From assembly GCF_018350175.1 (NCBI RefSeq), contig NC_058368.1, positions 235,168,001-235,232,000 of the forward strand: 64,000 nucleotides of DNA. The letters are read 5' to 3'. The notes under the pieces were generated by a model, which worked only from the letters and a program-made list of their open reading frames with translations, did not search any database and had not been told where the DNA came from. The DNA is from Felis catus (Eukaryota). Below, piece after piece: positions 56,431 through 64,000 of the stretch. The position numbers and the translations under genes were made by a program. The first letter of the stretch is position 1. Every line of letters begins with the position of its first letter.

Positions 56431-56882
56431 ATCAAATATTAATTTTTTTCTTAAAAAATAGCAAATATTGCGGAGATGCATTAAATAAGACCTAACTGAA
56501 TGGATAGCTATGCCATATTTATGGTTCAGAAAACTCCATTCTCCCCAAAGTGACCCGGAGAGTCAGTGTGATTCCAAATATAGTTCCAACAGCCTCACAA
56601 TCTAAACATGGACAAGCTGATTCCATAATGTGTATGGAAGTATGAAAGGCCTAGCATGTCCAAAACAATCACATGAAAGAAGTTCAAAGGTGGAGGACTT
56701 ATATAAGATTTACCATGAAGCTCTGGTAAGCAAGACCATGCAAGACAAAGATGGACAGGTTGATGTATAGCACAAAATAGAGGGCCCCGATTTAGGTCCA
56801 TACTAAATAGTCACTCGATTTTCAAAAATGTTGCCAAAACAATGCAAACAAGAAAGAAATTATTTTCAATAAAATAATTCTG

Positions 56883-57148
56883 GGGGGCGCCTGGGTGGCT
56901 CAGTCGGTTAAGCGTCCAATCTTGGCTCAGGCTGTGAACTCTTGGTTTGTGACTTGGAGCCTGCATCAGACTCTGTGCTGACAGCTCAGAACCTGGAGCC
57001 TGGTTTGGATTCTATGTCTCCTTCTCTCCCTCTGCCTCTCCCCTGCTTGTGCGCGCTCTCTCTCTCTCTCTCAAAAATAAACAAACATTAAAAAAATGTT
57101 TAAAATATAAATAAATAAATAAATAAATAAATTGATTAATTAATTAAT
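56883..57148 (+). mobile_element. Can-SINE
   Basis: Full body with (TAAA)n tail; TSD TAAAAT(A/G)ATTCTG. Confidence 0.95.
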
Positions 57149-57191
57149 TAAAATGATTCTGGAAAACGTGGATACAAAAAAACATTGCCCC

Positions 57192-57806
57192 ATCGCTCTG
57201 GAAAACAGTGTGCAGGTTGCTCAAAAAATTAAAAATAGAACTACACTATGACCCAGCAATAGCATTGCTAGGAATTTACCCAAGGGATCCAGGAGTGCTG
57301 ATCCAGGAGTGCAAGGGATCCAGGAGTGCTGATGCAATGTTTATAGAAGTGTTTTCAACAATAGCCAAATTATGGAAAGAGCCTAAATGTCCATCAACTG
57401 GTGAATGGATAAAGAACATTTGGTTTATATATACAACGGGATACTACTTGGCAATGACAAAGAATAAAATCTGCCCATTTGCAGCAACGTGGATGGAACT
57501 GGAGGGTATTAATGCTAAGTGAAATAAGTCAGGCAGAGAAAGACAGATATCATATGTTTTCACTCATATGTGGATCTTGACAAACTTAACAGAAGACCAT
57601 GGGGGATGGGAAGGGGAAAAAAAAGTCACAGAGAGGGAGGGAGGCAAACCATAAGAGACTCTTAAATACTGAGAACAAACTGAGGGTTGATGGGGGGTGG
57701 GGAAGAGGGGAAAATGGGTGATGGGCATTGAGGAGGGCACCTGTTGGGATGAGCAGTGGGTGTTGTATGGAAACCAATTTGAGAATAAATTATATTTAAA
57801 ATTTAA
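57192..57806 (+). mobile_element. 5'-truncated felid L1 (L1_Fc-like)
   Basis: ORF2 end (LKKLKIELHYDPAIALLGIYP...FAATWMELEGI) plus 3' UTR ending GGAAACCAATTTGAGAATAAAT; perfect TSD AAAAAAACATTGCCCC at 57176-57191 and 57807-57822. Confidence 0.96.
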
Positions 57807-58694
57807 AAAAAAACATTGCCCCCACCTCACATTATGAAGAATAAATATAAATATGTAAGGCAAAATTGTGAAGCTTTAAAGGCAAATATAGAGAATATTT
57901 TCATCCCTGGGATAGGTAAAGTTTTCATAGGTAGGTCATACAAAGCAATCCCTATAACTTCAGCAAAATACGGTGTCCTGGTGACTAGAAGACATCTTTA
58001 AGGAAATTTGCACCCCTAGACTGGAGAAAGATTCAGGAAATAGGATTTTTTTTAAGCCTACAACATTGCTTCATCCCAACTAAATTATTCTTCATAGCAT
58101 TAATGACTTAAAATGATGAAAGAAAAATTAATCTTTCAACTTAAAGTAAAACATGACTCCACTTGAACAGAAATCCCTCAAAAGAGCAGTCATTTTCCCA
58201 CCTAGCATATTATTAGCAAACACTTCGGCACGCTAATGATTTTCACAGGAACTCATGGAACAGAAGTGAAAATGTCACTGTTAATGTCTTTCTGGAAGAA
58301 TCCAACACTCAAGACAGTTTAATTGGCTATTACGTTCCTGAAATCAGATGTAAATTATATATATAGTTACAATCCGCCAAGTATACGCAAACACACTTTT
58401 AAATGCGTTGTTCACAATTAAAAGGTCCGGTTCCCCAGGGGGCGTCACTCTGTGGCCACAGACATTCACTCCCAGACAGAAGCAAAGGGCCTGGGCCCAT
58501 GCTGTCCGGGCCACGGGTGACTCAGTTCCATCCAGTCTACCGGCAGGGTATGCAGGCCTGTGTCCAGTCAGAAAATGGAATTGTTCGTTCCCAGCCCCGA
58601 AGTCCAAACTTTTCTTTGAGTTTTCAAACCTCTTTTTTGACTGCGATGGTCTGATTATAAATCCACAATGCATCCGACGTAGGGAATAGAATAG

Positions 58695-58780
58695 AATTAA
58701 AATAATGTCCTTTCTCTTAAATTAGTTTTAAGTGGGTTTCTGTTTCTTACGACAAACCAGTCCCAGGCTGAGCTAACACC
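58695..58780 (+). mobile_element. 3' end of an ancient ERVL/MaLR LTR
   Basis: TTTCTCTTAAATTAGTTTTAAGTGGGTTTCTGTTTCTTAC...CTAACAC resembles LTR33/MLT1J-type ends. Confidence 0.5.
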
Positions 58781-59274
58781 CATAGATGTCAGCATCCTCT
58801 CTGTCCCCATTTACTAAGAAAGCCACAGGGGACATGTCACCCCCCCCCCCAACCTCCCCAAGGTCCTCCAGGGAGTCAGGAATGGATCTGGGCATGAGAC
58901 CAAACTCGCCTGACCTATAAACCAGACCCGATGGTGTATCTCACATTTATTTCCTATGTTTGGATAATGAGAATTTTCATTCAACAGGCTATTAATTATT
59001 TTACTCAGCATGAGCATTGAGTAATTGTATCACCTTATAAGAACAAATGAGTGTGGGGAATTTTAGAACTGACCTTGCAGCTGCTAATTGTGCCTTTAAA
59101 TATTCAACAGCACAGAGTGAATATGCATCCGTTTTTTAATCTCAAATTCAAAAAGTTTTCATCGCCCGTGGAACCAAAAGATTGGTTCATACTCAGCTTC
59201 TTTTGGGGGGGGCGGGGGGTGAATGTCATTTAATGAATAATGAATAGCAATAATGCCAATAAAAACAAATACCA

Positions 59275-59415
59275 GTAATAAAAACTAATATTGGGAGCTT
59301 ATTATGTGGCATTTTATAGATTAGGCACCCAGATGAACTGATTTGCCCAGCACACAGCCAGTGGTAGTAAGGTGGACTTTGAACCCACACAACTTGGGTA
59401 AAGTAGCCACTTTGG
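59275..59415 (-). mobile_element. MIR remnant
   Basis: CATTTTATAGAT...TGATTTGCCCAG..CACACAGCCAGT...TTTGAACCCA. Confidence 0.65.
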
Positions 59416-59429
59416 TGGTCACCCACAGT

Positions 59430-59780
59430 CTCTTCACCAGGCTGGTGCCCACACACCAACTGCTGGGAGGGTTGGCTGCTAACGGCACCTGACCCCAGCC
59501 CCACAGCCACAGCCAACAGCTTACTGATACCGCCTACAAAAGACGGTCTCCTGCCTCAAACGGGTTAACTCTTGTTATGATTTTGGTTCCAGACCAACCC
59601 CCATCCCTGGACCTTTCGCTGAGACCATAGCCTGTACTCAGCTCTCTCCTTCCCTGTCGTGAATTGCTGTCTCTTTCACGTTTTTTTTTTCCCCCTGAGG
59701 AGCATGGCTCCTGCACTCCTGTGCACCTGAACTTGAACCCTTGTCTCAAGATGCCACTTCTTGGAAACATGACCTCAGAT
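59430..59780 (+). mobile_element. LTR16-family solo LTR (ERVL)
   Basis: GTTGGCTGCTAACGGC near the start and CCCTTGTCTCAAGATGCCACTTCTTGGAAACATGACCTCAGA at the end. Confidence 0.6.
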
Positions 59781-60815
59781 GGTTGGTGCTGTGTCCTCAG
59801 AGGCAGAACAGTGCATCTGGAAGACAAGGGGAAGAAGCAGGGGAGGTCCCGGCCACGGCTGCCTCCGGGGACCCACTTGGAGGATTTGTGTTTCCCATCT
59901 TTGGCTCTGTGGCCGGCCAGTCTTCACCCCGAGTGCTGAGGCCCTTTCACCGAGAAAGCTCCTTGTGCCCACAGTCAGCAGCACAAAAGGGGTTTCCTGC
60001 CCCCAGGGGTGATTTACCTTGACCACCGTGAGGTCAACGCAGCACTAATGCTCTCAGGTAACGCACACGGCGTTTGCTGGTGTCCCGTGCGCAGTGTAAA
60101 CATTCCTAGGTACATACAGCAACCAGAGACTGATAAGGGCTTGGTCACCAGGCCCTTGCATCTGGATGAGCATTGGGTCAACACACCAGGTGGGCCACGT
60201 AGATTAGCCTTTCCGTTTGGAATGGAGAAGGGCTCTGAATTGGTAGGAGAGGAGGGAGCATTTTCAGCTGGGGGTGGGGGTGCATGTGACAGTGGTGGGT
60301 AGTTTGTTCGTAAGCCTCCTTGCGCAAGACTTGTGACCACAGACGCGAGAGCAGAGTGAGGTTAATGTGGGAAACGAGTGAGTGTGAGCCCTGCAGGAGT
60401 GGCCTGTCACAGGTGGCAAGTGCCCCTGCCAGACCCCCTTTACCAGGCCAGACCCCTCACCCCCACTGTCGTGTGCATTGACGGATGGCTCACAGCCACC
60501 CCCTCTTTGAAGAAGAGTCATCTGCTGACCAGAACTGCTTCATCTGGGAAGTCACAGAAGCGTGTGGCCTATAATTAACGAGTCATCGACATGAGGAAAC
60601 AAAACGTGGCCCCCTTGACTCAAGGGGGTAGCACTCAGCAGTTGGCGAGTGCTCTGGAGAGCCACCCCCCGCCCCCAGGACCAGGCTAAGGCTGGATTTT
60701 GTCTGTGAGCACATCCTTGGTGGGCTCGGCCCATTCTTACCTTCTTAACCCCCTCCTTGCACGTTCGCCAACAGAGCCATCCCTCAGCAAGTTAAATCCC
60801 TGTCTTGAATTCCGC

Positions 60816-60848
60816 TTTTTAAAAATTTATTTCGTATTCATTTATTTT

Positions 60849-60885
<37 letters not shown>

Positions 60886-61048
60886 CGAGTAAGGTAGGGG
60901 CAGACAGAGACGGGGAGAGAGAAAATCCCAAGCAGGCTCCACACGGTCAGTGCAGAGCACAACACGGGGCTCAAACTCACGAACTGTGAGATCATGACCT
61001 GAGCCGAAATCAGGAGACGCTTAACCAACTGAGCCACCCAGGTGCCCC
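60816..61048 (-). mobile_element. Can-SINE (older subfamily)
   Basis: Full antisense body. Confidence 0.94.
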
Positions 61049-61136
61049 TTTTGAGGAATTCAACCTAAGTCACCAGGTGGTAGGTTAATCCATCTTTAGT
61101 TCTCATCATTCGAACAAGATGAAAATCACAGCTTCT

Positions 61137-61353
61137 GGGGCGCCCGGGTGGCTCGGTCGGTTAAGCCACTGACTTCGGCTCAGGCCATGATCTCACGGTC
61201 CGTGAGTTCGAGCCCCGCGTCGGGCTCTGTGCTGACAGCTCACAGCCTGGAGCCTGCTTCAGATTCTGTGTCTCCTTCTCTCTCTGCCCCTCTGCCTCTC
61301 ATGCGCTCTCTCTGTCTCTCTCAAAAATAAATAAACATTAAAAAAATTAAAAA
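61137..61353 (+). mobile_element. Can-SINE (young, SINEC_Fc2-like)
   Basis: Perfect TSD GAAAATCACAGCTTCT at 61121-61136 and 61354-61369. Confidence 0.97.
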
Positions 61354-62209
61354 GAAAATCACAGCTTCTGATTTGCGGCTGGTTTTTGCAACATGCCTTC
61401 AAGTTTTACTGGGTCTAATGCAACTGTAAACCAAAGCCACACGTAGTACACAGGAGTGCAAGATGTAATGGTACTCTGAGCAACTGAGATGGAAAAATTA
61501 AAGTTACCAGCATGATATAATTGCTTCATAAAAAAATCAATATCTGCCTGCACACAACACCGATTCATCAATAAATGGTTGCCTAATTACCCAAGAGTCA
61601 AAATGGATGGTTTTAATTCGTTCCTGTTGTCACTTTCTGAAATTCTATCCTGTTCAAGGTGTGGGATATGCTTCCGTCCATCTTCCCAAAAGAAGACTCC
61701 TATTTCCAGCTGATGAGATTATTTTCTTCACGGTCTCCAGGAGCTTGTCATCAAACCTCAAAAAGAAATACTTGCGTGGTATTTTTGAAGTAGCATCTCT
61801 CTTGTCAACGACCATAATTGTGTCAACTTGTCAATGACGTACCTAGTTTCTGCTCACGGTTTAACCTCTGCTGAGAGCCTTCCAGACAGCCAGGACATGA
61901 AGAATTTGTTCAGTGTATATCTGTTCCCAAACTCCAGACATCAGAGCCCCGAGGACAGTGTGGGGCACCTAGGTCGTTATCGATGGGACAGAAACACATG
62001 ATGACACGGAGGTTTCATTTCAGAGGGGACCTTATAAAGTCCTCTGCAGCCTGAAGTCTCCAAGCCCATGCCCGGCCCTTCATTGTTCTGTGTGTCTCTC
62101 AGGACTTTGTGCCTTTGTAATTCTATTATGTTGTGCTACGGACACTTCACGTGCGATCTGCCCTCTGAAGCTGGCAAGTGGATGGCACTGTATGGTTGAC
62201 GGTGGGCCC

Positions 62210-62980
62210 AGGGTTGCACAGGTGACCTCCAGAGCTTGTTCATCACGTGCAGCTGGAACTTATGCCCACTGATGAGTAACTCCCCATTTCCCCTCCCCAG
62301 CCCCTAGCCATCATCCCACTCCTTGATTCTATGAATCTACTTTCGATGGGTCATTTAGGTGGAACCATGCAGCATTTATCTTCCCGTACCTGGCTATTTT
62401 TTTAATGTTTATTTATTGATTTTGAGAGAGACAGAGAGAGAGAGCAAGCGAGCAGGGGAGGGGCAGAGAGAGAGGGAGAGGGAGAATGCCAAGCAGGCTC
62501 TGCGCATTGTCAGCACAGAGCCCGATGCGGGGCTTGAACTCACAAACCATGAGACTGTGGACCTGAGCCAAAACCAAGAGTCAGATGCTTCATGGACTGA
62601 GCCACCCGGGCGCTCCATAACTGGCCGGTTTAATTCAGCATAATGTCGCCAAGGTTATCAATGTTGCCTCCCGTTGCAGAATCCCCTTCTTTCGTAAGGC
62701 TGAACCAGTATTCCACTGGACAGACAGATCGCATTTCTGAAGCCCGTTTCTCTGTGGGTGGGCATTTGGGTTGTTTCCACATCTTGACTTCTGTGAGTAA
62801 TGGTGGTGCTAATGTCTGTTTGAGATCCTCCTTTCAATTCTTTTGGAAAATAACCAGGAGTGGAATTACTAGATCATATGCTGACTCTATTTTTAATTTT
62901 GTGAGGAACCTGCATACTGTTTTCCACAGTGGCTGCACCAGTTTGCATTCCCCCCAGTGGTGCTCAAGGGCACCGATTTC
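62210..62980 (-). mobile_element. L1MA/L1MB 3' region
   Basis: AACTCCCCATTTCCCCTCCCCAGCCCCTAG...GGCATTTGGGTTGTTTCCACATCTTG...GAGGAACCTGCATACTGTTTTCCACAGTGGCTGCACCA. Confidence 0.88.
62397..62616 (-). mobile_element. Can-SINE (older subfamily)
   Basis: Antisense body inside the L1M. Confidence 0.92.
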
Positions 62981-63424
62981 AAGGATAATACCACAGTGCC
63001 TGGGGGTTGACAGGGGGATGTGAGACAGGGCAAAACCTAAAACCTCTGACTTTAGTCTAGACTTTTCCCGAGGTCAGCATCTGAAAGTGGGGGAAGAAAG
63101 CTGGGGGTACATGACACACGGAATATACAATATACATTCTAAATAAAATAAACTCCTTATTCCAAACAAAGCCAGCAGTGACATGAAATCAGTCACTCCA
63201 CGGGCCTGTATGGTGCCCGAACCCTGGCCGGGGCTCAGTAAGGAGGACACACAGCAGTGTTGACATGTCTGGTTGCGATCACTGCTGAGTCACTTTTAGC
63301 CACTTTGTAGATCCCAAGGACGAGGGGCAATGTGACCAAGGGGTTGCCAACAGCCTAACTACTGTCCCATAACAACAGGAGAAAGATGCTAATCCAAGTA
63401 TATAGGAATTTTTAATATTTCAGT

Positions 63425-63770
63425 CTCTTTTTTCATATTTTGGAACATTTTAAATATGCAAAAAGTAGGAAAAAAGATAGCCAATACCCATTTACACATC
63501 ACTCTTAAGAAATGTTGAAATGTTGATGAGTTACAAGAATTATTTCAGGTTTTGTTTAAAAATCTATAGATTTGCCACCAGCTTTTATAAGTCACCATTT
63601 TTAAAAGTCACTGTTTTTCTGAAATTTATGTTTATCATTCATGACAGGGGAGATTTTATTGTACATGTTCACGTGCACAAATAATAGTGATCTTGTGTGA
63701 TGTTAAATTTACGTGAACAGCAAATTATTCTGAATGTTCCTTTGCAACATTTTCCCCATGTTCCAGCAGG
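63425..63770 (-). mobile_element. L1ME 3' UTR remnant
   Basis: TTTTGGAACATTTTAAATATGCAAAAAGTAG and ATTATTCTGAATGTTCCTTTGCAAC. Confidence 0.5.
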
Positions 63771-63779
63771 ATAGAAAAT

Positions 63780-64000
63780 TATTTTTTTCTTTTTTCTTTA
63801 ATTAAAAATTTTGCCCACCTTCCGCCCCCTGCCTCAGGCAACCACCAATCTGTTCTCTATATTTATGAATTTGGTTCGTTGGTTTTTTTTTTTCAGATTC
63901 CACATATAAGGAGATCATATGGTATTTGTCTTTCTGTGTCTGGCTTATTTCATTAAGCATGACACCCTCAAGGTCCATCCATGCTGTTGCAAATGGCAAG
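63780..64000 (-). mobile_element. L1MA9/carnivore L1 3' region (runs off the window)
   Basis: Minus ORF MPFATAWMDLEGVMLNEISQTQKDKYHMISL is the L1 ORF2 C-terminus. Confidence 0.92.

Larger units (their letters stand above)
56455..58040 (+). mobile_element. Ancient L1M ORF2 fragment interrupted by a SINE and a young L1
   Basis: ATTCTCCCCAAA...GACAAGCTGATTC...GGAGGACTT...TTTTCAATAAA...CCCCACCTCACA...AAATATAGAGAATATTTTCAT. Confidence 0.75.

Noticed and set aside
57281..57335. Short direct repeats superficially like a CRISPR array
   Set aside because: Mammalian L1 context, 13 bp units, no unique spacers and no cas genes.
1871..62616. tRNA-like A/B-box sequences (TGGCTCAGTCGG, GTTCGAGCC)
   Set aside because: These are Can-SINE heads followed by (CT)n and A-tails, not tRNA genes.
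1..64000. Naming the locus or neighbouring gene
   Set aside because: No exon was recognised; a BLAT search of the unique blocks is needed.

Overview
This window is non-coding mammalian DNA from a felid (domestic cat or a close relative), judged from about 31 tRNA-derived Can-SINEs, including near-consensus Felis-type SINEC_Fc copies, and carnivore-type L1 3' ends. I found no credible protein-coding exon, structural RNA gene or CRISPR array. The long ORFs are either L1 ORF2 debris or artefacts of low-complexity sequence. The window reads as a gene desert or large intron built from layered repeats (old L1M, L2, MIR, MLT1/MLT2/LTR16-type LTRs, MER5/MER20, then carnivore L1 and Can-SINEs). Between them lie repeat-free, motif-dense blocks that resemble conserved enhancers. 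The main points of interest are: (1) a ~16 kb Can-SINE-free interval (25553-41713) holding a CArG+MEF2 enhancer candidate and a 1.2 kb strand-asymmetric C-rich minisatellite with higher-order structure; (2) two 5'-inverted (twin-primed) L1 insertions; (3) a ~120 bp local templated duplication; (4) a triple template-switch scar inside a young L1; and (5) closely spaced inverted SINE pairs. I cannot support a novel biological system. Repeat subfamily names come from recalled consensus sequences, and boundaries of old repeats are approximate.
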